64,000 nt of DNA from Octopus bimaculoides (GCF_001194135.2 NC_068984.1:122712921-122776920); one strand, 5' to 3'; positions 12,176 to 25,435 are shown, counted from the first letter of the stretch. Program-made: numbers and translations. Notes: generated from the letters alone by a model not told the origin.

Positions 12176-14032
12176 TCAGAGTTTGGTAACTTATTGGTGT
12201 GACAGTTTCAGTGTTGCTTTTGAGTAATTTAGCTTCTGACATCCTGATATTTTTGATGGCTAGCATTTCTTGTGTTTGTTTTGCTTCTGATCAAGCAGAC
12301 CTATAATTAAAAACATTCCTACCAGGACCATCCCATGTTATTGCTAGACACAGTGTGCCCAAACCACATTAATCCAATGTATTCTGTTCTAAAATAGCAA
12401 GATATGTTCTGAGGGAGATTTATTGTTTCATACAGGTTAAATTGCTGCATAGAAACTCTGTCACGTGTCTTGTGTTGATTTCTTTATTTCTAATAGTTTC
12501 TTGCTGTAGAATTACCCTGATCTACCTTTTAGTGAAAAGTTAGCATTGTAAATAACATTTGAGTACCTGGCAGTAGGAGTGGTTGGTTGCTTAACAAATG
12601 ATTGGTTCAGCTGAAGACTCTTTGCATGGCTTACAAATCATTAATTTGTCAAGGTAAATCTCTTCAAGTATTTACCTGTTTTCAAACCCTTAACATAATT
12701 ACTGAGGTAGAGTTAGCACAACACAGTGCAACAGGGTTGTCAACCTTTAGAATTACAACTACAATCTACCCAACAAGTTTCCTACCAATTTCATTTCCCC
12801 AATTTCACACACAAAAGGCTGTAGAAAATTGTATTTGCCCACGATAACATGCAGTAAGAATGAACCCAGATCTTGTTGTTGCAAAACAAACATCTAAACT
12901 AGTCATGGACAGCTTGCAATCTGCAGGGTTTTTTGAACAGTATACCTAATGGAAAATTACCTTGAATTTTTTTTTGTAGTGAGCTATGTTTCATAAAGCC
13001 CACTTCTAGAAAAAGGTTCTCCATGTTTTTTCCAAGACATGTAAAAGATGCCCAGTACTCTCTGTAGGGTGGTTGGTATTAGGAAGGGAATCCAGCTGTA
13101 GAAACCAAGCCAAAACAGACTGGAGCTTGGTGCAGCTCTCTAGCTTACCAGCTCCAGTCAAACCATCTAAGCCATACCAGCATGAAAAATGGTGGTTGTG
13201 ATAGTTGTTGTGTGGAATGTCTTTGTGTTGCTGATAGAAGTAGTTGTGTTAATTAATTCCTGGTTAACCTAAATTGAGCAGACCAATGATCAAAGGTAGG
13301 CCAACCATGACTCTCTTGTCTTTTGTGGGATCTCTAGGACTATATTATCTGACATGTTTCTCCTGTTTTTAAAATGGAGAAGGATAACTTGAAAGTGATT
13401 TGGCTGCTATTTTTGGCAGGATGAATAGCTATGTTGGAGCTCCCTTGTTGCATTGCATTGTGTAATGATGTCTTTATGGTGGTGTTGGTGGTTGTTGCAG
13501 TGGACTATGTCTTGGTGATGGTTGTAGAAGCAGCTGCAGTATGCTACGTAGTGGTGGGGTAATAGTGATGGTAGCTGCTGCTGTTGCTTCTTCTTCTTCT
13601 TGTCTTTTTAAAAAGCTTCCTATTTGCCTTCTCAGGAATGTTGGCCTGAGTACCAACCTACCACTGCCACCGGAAGAGCACCCCTTGTTTAACTGGTCTG
13701 AAATAAACCAGAGGCTGACTGTTCAGTGATCCGCCTTCACCTGCTACCCCTCAACCTCAGCTCCCCCAGCATAAAAATGCTTATTATGTGGTGTGGATTT
13801 ATTGGGCCAAAACAGACCCGTGCCAGAAATATATCTGACCTTCTGTCATTAATTCACCTCTACTCTCTCATTAACCTGGCTCTCTTTCCTGTAATTATTT
13901 TCTATTTCTCTCTCTTTCTCTCTCTTTCTCTCTCTTTCTCTCTCTCTCTCCCCTTTATTTCTCTTTCTCATCCTCTTGCTCTCTTTTCATCTATTTCTTT
14001 CCCTTTCTCTCCCCTTATCTTTCTCCCCCTCC

Positions 14033-14092
<60 letters not shown>

Positions 14093-14807
14093 ACACACAC
14101 ACACACACATATCTATTTATTCATACACATAGGTAAATGCTAGTCCCTTAGCTCTATTTAAAGCTCTGCACAATTAGAACTCTGGCAGAGATTAAAAAAA
14201 AAAAAAATGGTAACCTGCCGTAGATTATATACACTAGAATCAGCACTGATGGGACTCATTGTTGTTCAGTAGCCCTCCCCTAGCATCTATACATAAAACA
14301 TACTAAACCACAATTAAGGTTACATCTAAGTTACATACTATTTCAATTATTGTTTAGGGTACAATTATGGTAATTTGGGTGTTGTGTGAGGGTACAGTGT
14401 AGCATTCTGGGTTTGCTGTGTACAGTACTGCGTGATAGCGTGGGGTATTGTGGCCCTTTTTAGAGGAACGTGCCTAAAAGTTTTAGTATTAGTCACAATG
14501 GAGGTGTGTAAGATGGACTTGGTTGGTAAATGGTGACTGCAGTTACTCAAAATCTATTTCAATGGTATTTTGAACTTGTCATAATATATTTGCTAGAGAA
14601 GCTACTATTTTAGTGTTTGTGTGTGTGTGTTGGGAGTTGTGAGATAAAGGATTTATCAAAATGGTATTCCTCTTGTGAATATTATCTAAACATCATAGAT
14701 AGCACTGGTTTATATTATCAACTGCAAACTTTATAATTTGTCTTATCTTTGTACTTATCAGTCACAATGTGCTACTAATACATTCCTACAGTATGTGTGT
14801 TTGTGTC

Positions 14808-14913
<106 letters not shown>

Positions 14914-14932
14914 AAAAAACACGAAAAAAGTA

Positions 14933-15145
14933 CAATGAGCTTGCCATGAGGAGTGGAATATCCAGCATTTCAGATTTAATCCTATGTCAGGGGGTACAGA
15001 AAAAGAGAAGTTGAAGAAGGCCAGTTTTTCAAGCTGAGAGGATGTAAACTCTGTCTTTCTTCAATTTCTCTTTTCCTGTACCCCGTGACTAAAGATTACA
15101 CCCAAAACGTTGGATATTCTACTCCTCATGGCAAGTTCTTCACTG
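14933..15145. mobile_element. Fold-back MITE (Tc1/mariner-type TA-CA[A/G]TGA termini)
   Basis: About 95-bp inverted arms (gagcttgccatgaggagtggaatatccagcattt... vs ...aaacgttggatattctactcctcatggcaagttc) surround a ~25-nt centre, with TA on both sides. Confidence 0.75.
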
Positions 15146-16548
15146 TACCCCTTTCACTTTCTTCTATATCTTTTCAAGTCTTGTTGACACAGAGCCACAC
15201 AAGATGCCTTGTTTGCCTATATATATATCCTTAAGCCCCTAGGACTCATAATGCCAGGTAACTGATTTCCATGGCATTATAGATGATAGATCTCAGCATC
15301 CCTCAGAACAGCTGAACAGGATGATGGCCCATTGCAGGATTCAGGGCCAGCAATTTTTGAAGGATGGTGGACAAATCAATTACATTGATCCCAACACTAG
15401 ACTGATACTTTCTAAGGGATGAAAGATAAAGTTGACTCTGGAATTTGAACACACAACATAAAGAGCCAGAAGAAATGCCATTAAGCATTTTGTTCGACAT
15501 GCTAACAGATCGACACTCTTGCCACTGCTGTATATTTACTAACTACCATTTGAATATATGGCAGTTTATTAACCACCCTGTGTTGTTTTTGTTTAGTTCC
15601 AAAGGAGCCTGCTAGTGCAGACCTATGATTAAAGACATTCCAACCAGGAGCGCCCTGTTTTTTTGCACATGTAGAACTATATTGTCTAGCATATCCTTTA
15701 TCTTTTGTGACTATTTGAGAGAGATTTGGCTGCTATTTCTAGTATATCAAATGACTTAGTAGAGGTTCCCTTGTTGGCAAAAATCCACTGTGCATTTGAT
15801 ATTTTGGTATCCATGGTATACTACTAACATCATAATAATTAATCAATGGTCTGAGTGGAAGCTATAAGCAAACAGTTATTAGTTAATTGAAATTTCTCTC
15901 TTAATTGGAGAGAAAATTTTTTTTTAAATACCAGTAATTGTTAGAGACTCCCAAAGAGAAGGGAAGATAATTTAGGGAAATTAGGAACTAATCTTTCAAT
16001 TAATTTACATGCTTAGGAAATGGAAAAACTGGTCTTTGTTTACAGGCAAATTATAACTATGGACATGTTTCAGTCTTAGACTTCATCAACATAGTACATT
16101 CTAATCAAGTTGAGAAAGATTTTTTTTTTTTCATATAAAACAAAACATTTGCAAATAATTTTTAGACTTTAATCTTAATAGCTTATGGTGAGGGGGTAGA
16201 TTAATGTATCAATTAATGTATGCCATTTTTTTGTTTGTTTAAGTTGCTATGGTGCGAGAGTAAATTGTGTGAGTGACAGAAAATATCATTAATGTACAGG
16301 AATGAAAATATATTTAGCAACAAGTAGAATGTCTGTATGTTCCTATGTAGAATCATTGAAAGATGTTATTTATTTTGTTGGATATCAATATCAGCTCTAG
16401 GAAAAAATACTTCTGTCAAGAATTCTAAATGTCAACGAGGCGATTGGCCATATAGGAACGCACTGGACTATTAAAACAACAACAACCAAACATTTTTATG
16501 TCTATGCAGTTTACCCACTAAAGAGTTGAGATCACCAATCTGTGACTT

Positions 16549-16562
16549 GTTGCCTTAGCAAC
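16549..16562. promoter_or_regulatory. RFX X-box GTTGCCTTAGCAAC with nearby CCAAT boxes
   Basis: Strict match to GTTGCC-N2-RGCAAC. ATTGG (~16444) and CCAAT (~16535) lie nearby in a CpG-retaining patch. Confidence 0.55.
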
Positions 16563-17854
16563 GAACTGCTGAAGTGTAACGAACTGGAAGTAATTGTCTG
16601 CCCTTCAGCTGTTCTGCTGCTGTCATCATCATCATCATCCTCATCACCACCATCATCATTGCCTACCATCAACATCATCATTACCTATTATCATTATCGT
16701 AATTGTCATCAATTAATGTATGCCGGGTTTTTTTTTGTTGTTTTTTTTAAGTAAAACTGATAACAGGTTGAATGGTTCTTGAAATGAGAACATTTCTAAT
16801 GTGTCTTAACTATTTTTCACCATCCCTTCTAAGTATTCCTAATAGCATTCTAAAGACTGGGCCTGTCTCACCCCCTAGGAACTACCCCACAGTCCTCCTT
16901 CTCTGTATGATGTATCATCATGTCACTATTTCATACCCAGAATACATCAGATATCAAGGTTTACAAAACATACTTTGCAACAGAAGATAATTTCATCCCT
17001 CTTTAATACCATATAACAACATATTGTGATTCACTTCCCACTAGGTATTACTCCCATGCAAAAATTAGCTCCTTGTACCTAATCATAAGGAATATGCATA
17101 AGTAGTAGTGGTAGTGGTGGTGTGATGGATGGTAAACCAATAGGGTGCCAGATAAAATACCTTATAGTGTTTCTGAGTTCAAATCCCATAAGGATCAACT
17201 TTGCTTTTCTCCTTCTAGGGTCAATAAAATATACTATCAACCAAGCCATGGGGAAGGGCAAACATCTGGTTCATAGCTTTATGGCTTTGGACAAACTAGA
17301 TTAGACATTAATGTGAGGCCCGGAGATCCCTTCAACCAGTTTGGCAACCTTTTGCATCCTCTTACAAACTCAGCTGTTCTGACTTCATCTTGCCACTGGG
17401 CACATTGTGCAAGAGCAAGAGAGTGTCTGATGAATGCCTAGCTTTTTCACTGTAAAAGACAAAAAAAAGCCCAACAAACCTTGCACTACTCTAGTAGTCA
17501 GTGTCAGATTGATGAACAAACTATCACATTGATTTGGAATATGCAAATCATTAACATGCCTTAGACCCTGTTCACAATTTTCAACATAAAGAGGAATTTC
17601 CTACTTATTTTATCTTGTTTCAATCATTAGACTGTGGCCATGCTGGGGCACCACCTTGAAGACTTTTTAGGTGAATGAATCGACCTCAGTACTTATCAAT
17701 TTTTAAAGCCTGGTACTTATTCTATTTGTCTCTTTTGCCAAACCACTAAATTAGGGGATGTAAACACACCACGCTGTTGTCAAGCAGTGGTGGGACACAC
17801 ACACACACACACACACATACACACACACATATGTGACAGGCTTCTTTCAGTTTC

Positions 17855-18077
17855 TTATTTCTTTATTGCCCACAAGGGGCTAAACATAGAGGGGACAAAC
17901 AAGGAGATTAAGTCAATTACATCAAACCCAGTGCGTAACTGGTACTTAATTTATCGACCCCGAAAGGATGAAAGGCAAAGTTGACCTCAGCGGAATTTGA
18001 ACTCAGAACATAATGGCAGTCGAAGTACCGCTAAGCATTTTGCCCGGCATGCTAACGTTTCTGCCAGCTCGCCGCCA
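17855..18077 (-). mobile_element. tRNA-derived SINE (third family) nested in another SINE, with a 15-bp TSD
   Basis: TSD gcttctttcagtttc at 17840-17854 and 18078-18092. Family relatives occur at about 15370-15520, 41170-41340, 45880-46108, 46140-46350, 52640-52880 and 58390-58495. Confidence 0.85.
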
Positions 18078-18653
18078 GCTTCTTTCAGTTTCTGTCTACC
18101 AAATGCTCTCACAAAGCTTTTGTTGGTTCAAGACTATAGTAGAAGGCATTTGCTCGAGATGCCACACAGTGGAACTGAACCTGGAAAGTAAGCTTCTTAC
18201 CAAACAGCCACGCCTGTGCCTATATTTTTGTATCACAAAATAAACAAGAAAACTATAAAGCTGTCATAAATTGCAATGGTTCATTCATACATATCAAAAT
18301 ACATACTAGCTGGGCGTCAAATAACCTTGAATAATACTTGTTAAATGCTGCAACCAAATTTAAAGTGTTTCTGTTGTCGGCAGTTATTGTGTTTTCAGTG
18401 ATCTCCATTTCATAAGTAAATATAAGATCAGCTGATTTACATCTTTCATTGCTTGAAAATACGAAAATAAGTAAAACAAAAAATTCTTGGTGCAGTTTGT
18501 GAATTTCCAGCTTAAAAATAAATTTTATTATATTAATCTGCTTCATTATATTAAGCTTTATTCTTTTTCTCTATCCATGGATTGTTTACAGAACAGTGTA
18601 GTTTCTTCCTCTCTGTCTATCCATTTATCCATTTATCTAGTTAGCTCTCTCTT

Positions 18654-18695
<42 letters not shown>

Positions 18696-18731
18696 CCTCT
18701 CTCTCTCTCTCTCAAAAAATAAATATATATG

Positions 18732-18771
<40 letters not shown>

Positions 18772-18775
<4 letters not shown>

Positions 18776-19673
18776 GTCACCCCATAAATAATGTGGGTTT
18801 TTTTTATACTTCTTTTATTTTTCAAAATTAAGGTAAAGTCCTTTCTTAATCTAAAATACACTCTCCTTCATTTTCTACAGTGCTCTTTCATCTATCTGGT
18901 AGACTTGCAAAGCACCTCTTCCAAAATTCACTTGTTCATGATGAAAAATTCTCCTCCAGTACTGTTCTGACCTTGTCTACAGAATTCATAACTTTTTCCA
19001 TCCAAATGATTTTGAAGACTGTGGAATAAATGATAATCAGATGGGGCAATGTCCAGCAAATATGGTGGCTGGGACATCGTTTCCATTCAAACTACTCCAG
19101 CCTTTGGAATGTCATCCTCACTGTATGTGGCTGAGCATTATCCTGATGGAAGAGCACCTTTCGTCTTGAAACCAGAGATGGTCATTTTTCTTTTAGCATT
19201 GACTTGAATGACCAAATCCAAGCTTCTCTAGTAGTTCCTCAACAGTACAATGGGATTTTGTTCCACCAGGGTTTACAGGATATCCTTGTTGAGCTCTACA
19301 GATCTAGGACAAGGCTCGTCTTCTAGGCTGTAGTTCCTGGCTCATAATTTCTGGAACCACCGTTGACACTGGTTTACACTTATTGTCGAATCTCCATATA
19401 CTGCATTAATATTCCTCACACTTTACGTTGTGTTGTTGCCTTTATCAAACTCATAAAGCAAAATATGCGGAATATGCTCTTTTGTCACTGCCATTATAGT
19501 TTTGGAAAAATAACTGTTAAAATCGAATTGCACTCTTCAAAACTTGCACTAAGAATAAGGCAAGGTAAAATTACTACCTGCTTTTATAGCAAGTTGATGC
19601 AGGTAGTTTATCCCATCCTCCTCTGACTTTTAGTTCATGCAATTGAAAAAAATACATTATTCATGGGATGACC

Positions 19674-19676
<3 letters not shown>
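18772..19676 (-). mobile_element. Mariner (DD34D) element, internally deleted
   Basis: TIRs ttgggtca[c/t]cccat[a/g]aataatg at both ends, each flanked by (TA)n, with transposase remnants inside. Confidence 0.92.
18846..19494 (-). pseudogene. Degenerate mariner transposase
   Basis: Minus-strand remnants read MAVTKEHIPHILLYEF, YGDSTISVNQCQRWFQK (HTH region), FHQDNAQPHT and PPYLLDIAPSDYHLFHSLQNHL. D2-D3 spacing is 101 nt (34 codons minus a 1-nt frameshift). Stops and frameshifts are present and the central part is missing. Confidence 0.9.
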
Positions 19677-19706
<30 letters not shown>

Positions 19707-21116
19707 TACGGCTGTATGGTTAAAAAGTAAATGCATGGCAACTTAGACAAACATCTTCTGCTGTAAGCCTCAGTTTGATTAATGGCTTGTAAGTTAAATT
19801 TGGTAGATGGTAACTGTTGTACTGAAACCCACACATACACACACACACACATGCACATACACATAAGGTCCTGCATTCTCTCCTGATGATCCCTGAACCT
19901 ACTGGCTTTCTGCTACTAGTATATAGAGTTTTTGATTGACTGCACTTGTACAAGCAAGCTGTTTCCAAGTCTGTATATAAATACATGCATACACATATTT
20001 GCATGTTGTTTGGCTTGGTTCAAATTCAGAATCTATTTTTAATATATAATTTCAACAAATTCATTGGATGTCGAACATAATCATCATCCTCAACGTCATG
20101 TGTGTTTTCTTCATTTCACAAGTCCATACCAAGGTTAGTAGCTACCTCCAGTACAGTATGTGAAATACTGTACTTTGTTGTTATTTAACTCCATTCCTGA
20201 GTGAGCAGTCCTTAATCAGAAATGTTCCAGCTAGGACTACCATGTCTAATTGCCAGGAATTATATACCCAAAACTACATTAGCCACCCCTGTGTCCTAGA
20301 TGTCTCTGTTAAGTTGGCAAGATGTAATTTGTTTGCTATTTCTAGCAGGCTGAGTAACCAGGTCACTGTTCCTCCCTACCCTGTTGGTTAGTGTGAACTG
20401 AAGTACTATGTATGTTGTTAGTATGTGTGGTGTATAATAAACTGCAATACTGTGTGGGTTAGTATGGTGTGTGTGTGTGTGTGGTATGTAATATTTTAGT
20501 GTGTTTGTATGGAGTATGAGCTGTATTACAGTGTTAATTGCTTCCTGTAATCTTCTATGATGTATTAATTAGTATGAGAGTGAGCTAAGAACTTGTGGAT
20601 CTTTCAGCAGGCTAACTGTAATAAAAGTAGGCACAGAAAGCCAACAGGACAGTCTTTTCTAGCCAAACTGACATTAATACCACGACAAAACAGATGTCAA
20701 CAACTTTAATTCTTTACCCTCCTTCATGTTTGTGAGTTTTGCTGACAAAAGCCAAATGTTTCTCCTCCCCAACTTCCTGTGTAACAATACCGTTTTTTAT
20801 TGGTAATATAAAATTTTTTAAAAAATAGGTGACTACTTGTCTAAACTGTAATCCACAATACAACAAACTGAAGCACTAAGATGGAACTGCAAGCGTTCAG
20901 ATGTCTGTGTCAAGAGACAAAAGACTTACTTATAGCCTGTTGCACTTTCTTTTGTCTTTCTTTCCTCTATCCCTTCCTCTCTCTTTTTCTCTCATTCTCC
21001 TTCCCCCTCCTCCTAATTAATCCCATTATTTCTTAATAATCTTCTGTTTGTCGTTGAACATTGTAATTAATTTGCTGTGTTAAGCTGACAACGTTGTTGT
21101 TGGCGCTGTTGATTCG

Positions 21117-21119
21117 ATG
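21117..21119 (+). CDS. Candidate alternative first exon contributing only ATG (ATG|GTGAGG)
   Basis: Strong donor in a CpG-retaining patch (about 21050-21200) with an in-frame stop upstream. The -3 base is T, so the Kozak context is weak. Confidence 0.3.
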
Positions 21120-21683
21120 GTGAGGGCGTTGGGTCATCAGTCGTCGACTGGCTAGCAGTGTAGGTTTGTCGAGTGAAGTGGATGGGTTGGTGGGGTTCAT
21201 GCTTTTGCTCAGCTCCTCCTGCTTAATTAACATTCCCTTTTGGCAACTTTCTTTTCATATCTGAATAACACTAATCAGATAATCTTAATCTACAGAAGAA
21301 GAATTATCCTATCCCAAGCATGTTTATAAAAAATTAAAATTAAAACAAAAACAAAAAAGAAAATCTCACATAAAAATTTTTAAAAACTTTTTGAAACACC
21401 CACTTATCCTGCCTCCTTTACAATTTACATCCCACCTCTTTACTGACAAATTACTATTGTTGTTGTTGATATTATTAGTTGTATTTGTTACTGGATTGGT
21501 TGTGATTGTTAGTGCTGGTAGTGTTCTCTATGGTGGTAATAAATAATCTTGGTAGTGATATTAGCGGAGGTGGTAGTGGGTGTATGTGCAGGCTCTGATC
21601 TGACAGGCAGATGGATAGAAATACCTGGTGGCAATAACTAAGTCTTGACATTCACACTCATGCATGCACTCTCACTCTTTCTA

Positions 21684-21742
<59 letters not shown>

Positions 21743-21975
21743 NNNNNNNNNNNNNNNNNNNNNNNNNNNNNNNNNNNNNNNNNNNNNNNNNNNNNNNNNN
21801 NNNNNNNNNNNNNNNNNNNNNNNNNNNNNNNNNNNNNNNNNNNNNNNNNNNNNNNNNNNNNNNNNNNNNNNNNNNNNNNNNNNNNNNNNNNNNNNNNNNN
21901 NNNNNNNNNNNNNNNNNNNNNNNNNNNNNNNNNNNNNNNNNNNNNNNNNNNNNNNNNNNNNNNNNNNNNNNNNNN
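21743..21975. other. Assembly gap (N run)
   Basis: N characters. Other gaps are at 38777-38978, 39929-39938, 44480-44489 and 56321-56561. Confidence 1.
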
Positions 21976-22021
21976 TACAATAACATTTTAAAATAGTCAC
22001 ACCACTGGCACTTGTGTGTGT

Positions 22022-22029
22022 TGACGTCA
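22022..22029. promoter_or_regulatory. Full palindromic cAMP response element TGACGTCA
   Basis: Exact CRE about 130 bp upstream of the candidate ATG at 22161. Confidence 0.5.
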
Positions 22030-22160
22030 CTGGTCACTACTCAAAGACAGCAAAAGAAAGAAAGCTAGAGAGGGAGAGAGGCAAAGAGAGAGAGGACATT
22101 CTTCTGGTCACTCTCGCCACGTCTCTTCAGACAGCACAGGATTCTAAGTACAGTCAGAGA

Positions 22161-22247
22161 ATGACGGCTATCCTTACTCCAGCATCAGCTCATTACGTTA
22201 TCAAGACTGACCGCCGACTTCATCCACCAGGAAGTCCGAAATTTGAG
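22161..22247 (+). CDS. Candidate first coding exon, 29 codons: MTAILTPASAHYVIKTDRRLHPPGSPKFE
   Basis: gagaATG has A at -3. The 87 nt are open, non-repetitive and CpG-containing, and end in phase 0 at GAG|GTACTG. I do not recognise the product. Confidence 0.45.
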
Positions 22248-22959
22248 GTACTGTAATATCTGTTCTTTGTGGTGCAAGTATGGTGTTGTGCATTGTGGTG
22301 TAAGAAGTGTGAGGGGTGAAGGGGCAGGTGGAGTGATGTTTAGGACAGATGGACAGACCAGTGGAGTGGGGGGGGGCAGACAGACAGATTGACAAGTGGA
22401 CTGGTATTGAGATAGTTAAACAGAGATGGTTGGACACAGAGAGACAGAGAATAGGGAGGAGAAAGAGATGTTATTCTCAATACTCTGTTTCTAAACTCTA
22501 ATAGAAAATGGTCCAGAATAATGTTCCACCTCCTGTTTCTCTACCCCAATCCACTTAATTCTTATGCTTTATTTGTTTGCCTTTCCTGCTATAGGAAAAG
22601 TATTAATGTCACCACTTCCCCTCAGCAGTCCTTCCTTTTGTGACTCCATGATATCAAGAATCTTTGCAATCAGTTGTTCATTTCTAAAACTCTACTGTAC
22701 TTGAAACAAATGGTTGTGGGTTCAGTTCTGTTACTGGTCAAACAAATGAATCATTGTGTCATTGCCCAATCAAAAATGGAACAGTTATATGTGTGTGTGT
22801 GTAGGATGTCTTCATATTGTCTGTGTGAATAGAATGTAGCTAGGATACCTGTGTACACACAAACACACAGGTAAATTAAGGCTATCAACACCTCTGCCTG
22901 GCTATATTGTATTCATATTCTGGCATGAAATGTTTCTATCCTCTGGAGCTAACTACAGT

Positions 22960-22992
<33 letters not shown>

Positions 22993-25435
22993 TTTGTGTG
23001 TGTGTGTGTGTGTGTGTTGGGGTGGGTGGATGATAATCTTCTAGTTAAGATTCCATAAACCAAAGTCTGAAAGTTTTCAAATAAGAGAAGCACCACAAAT
23101 GGAAAATACCAAAAAGTGCTCAAAAGGTAGTTCATAATTGATGTATAGCTGCTACAGACCACACACTTGGGCTGTTGGCTGTTCTGAGTGAATTCACCTG
23201 CTCTAGGTTGTTCTCGCCCAACCACTTAAGTTGGCGCCAGTTTATTTATCAGCAGCCATCATAACAACGCTTTGATATGCGTCTACCACATACCATGTGT
23301 GTTTTAGTGCTGTACCATGTTGAAGTGGATGCAGATATTCCTATGGGTAATAACTATGAAAAGAAAACATCTATGTTTTATCAACATTACCAACAGTAAA
23401 GTTGTTGGAAAAACTCAACTAATGCTAGTGCATGTGTTTATGTATTTTGACTACCAGTTCTGAAAGAAGCCCAGCCGGAACTGAAACAGAAATAACTCTG
23501 TTAACTAGTCACCAAATAAAGAATATATATTTATAAATAGAGAGGCACACATTTGCACATAAACAGTATATATATTTATACACACAAACACACAAAAAAA
23601 TTCATTCGATAATGTTGATTGTTCATTTAGTTTCTCTGAACCATTTTTAAGCTTTGATTTCTTCAGAATTGATGAAGTATTGTTAATAAGTACCAGTCGA
23701 ACACTGGGGTCAATGTAATTGACTAACCCCTCCCCTAAAATTGCTGGCCTTGTGCCAAAATTTGAAGCCATTAATTAATTAATTGGATGATAGAGAGTTG
23801 AGGCTTCCGTTTCAAAGATATACATTCTCCTCTTTCATGAAAGCGGATCTTATGCTTAATTAGTTATGTTAGTATACACATGCTTATACATTTGAGTTTT
23901 TATTTAGGTATGCCTATGAATGTGTGAGTGTGGTTGCTGGTACATGTGTGTTTGTGTGTATATACTTATTCACCTGTTTGTTTCTATATCTATATGGAGC
24001 CCTATTTGTGGTTTTCTGTATGTATATGTGTACCTCCGTGTGTGTGTGTGTGTGTGTTATATGACAAAGTTCTCATGTTAATTGTTCATTTAATTAAATG
24101 CTCCTTCATTTCTAATTTACACCTTTAAATCATTTTATAACATTGTCACTGACATGTGTGTTGTGGCATATGATGTGGGGTAATATACTGTAATGCTGTG
24201 TAACATCGTGTGTAATACATAATCTAGCATGGTCATCTCTTATTTCAAATATCATACTTCATTTAGTATTTATTAGGTTCAACACCCATCTCAGTGTTAC
24301 AGTTACTAGATTGACATCTCCCACATTTATCTTTTCTCTCTCCCTCTCTCTCTCTCAGACAACCAAACATCATCCCCATTAACACCCTTGGTATTATCCC
24401 AAACCCCACCATCCCCACCACTATCATTCTTCTAAATCAGCTCTCCTTTCAAATGTCAACTACCCAGCGTTTACTCACTTCCTGCCCAGAAATCCTCTTT
24501 TGATTATATTAAGGATATCCTTGCAGGAATTCCTCACTTTGATGACACGCTCTCTGGAACACAGCAGATGAATCACGACATCTGTTTTGTGTTTCGGAGC
24601 CACCGGCATCTACTCTGGCAGACTAGTAAGCTATGCCACTGTCACATTACATGTCTGGTGGCTGCCTAGATGTGTGTTCGACTTAGATGATGCCTGTTTG
24701 TATGACTGATATATGACAGTTCAAGTAGAGGACCTGTAGTGAATATTGGAATTGTATGTTATTATTAACAGTAGGTAAATCCTGATCCAGTAAACATTTG
24801 ATTAAAAGCATTCCACCCATCTCCATCATTTGTTTTAGACCAGTGTTTCTCAACCATTTTTTACTATATATGCTTGTGTGTCTGTGTTTGTCTCACTAAC
24901 ATTGCTTGACAACTAATGCTGGTGTGTTTATGTCCCCATCACTTAGCGGTTCAGCAAGACAGACCGATAGAATAAGTATAGGCTTACAAAGAATAAGTCC
25001 TGGGGTCGATTTGCTCGACTAAAGGCAATGCTCCAGGATGGCCGCAGTCAAATGACTGAAACAAATAAAAGAATACACACACACACAAACACATTGTCGC
25101 ATTGTTGCATCGTCACATCGTACAGCATCAGGCTCACAATCATGAGGTTATGAGTTCAATTCCCAGACCAGGTTGTGTGTTGTGTTCTTGAGTAAGACAC
25201 TTTATTTCACGTTGCTCCAGTTCACTCAGCTGTAGAAATGAGTTGCATTGTCACTGGTGCCAAACTGTATCGGCCTTTGCCTTTCCCTTGGATAACATCA
25301 GTGACATGGAGAGTGGGAGGCTGGTATGTATGGACAGCTGCTAGTCTTCCATAAACAACCTTGCCTGGACTTGTTCCTTGGAGGGGAACTTTCTAGGTGC
25401 AATCCCATGGTCATTCATGATTGAATGGGGGTCTT

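Noticed and set aside
21033-21233. Minus-strand 66-aa ORF in a CpG-rich patch
   Set aside because: No recognisable domain or splice context. It is better explained as the antisense of a + strand promoter or UTR.
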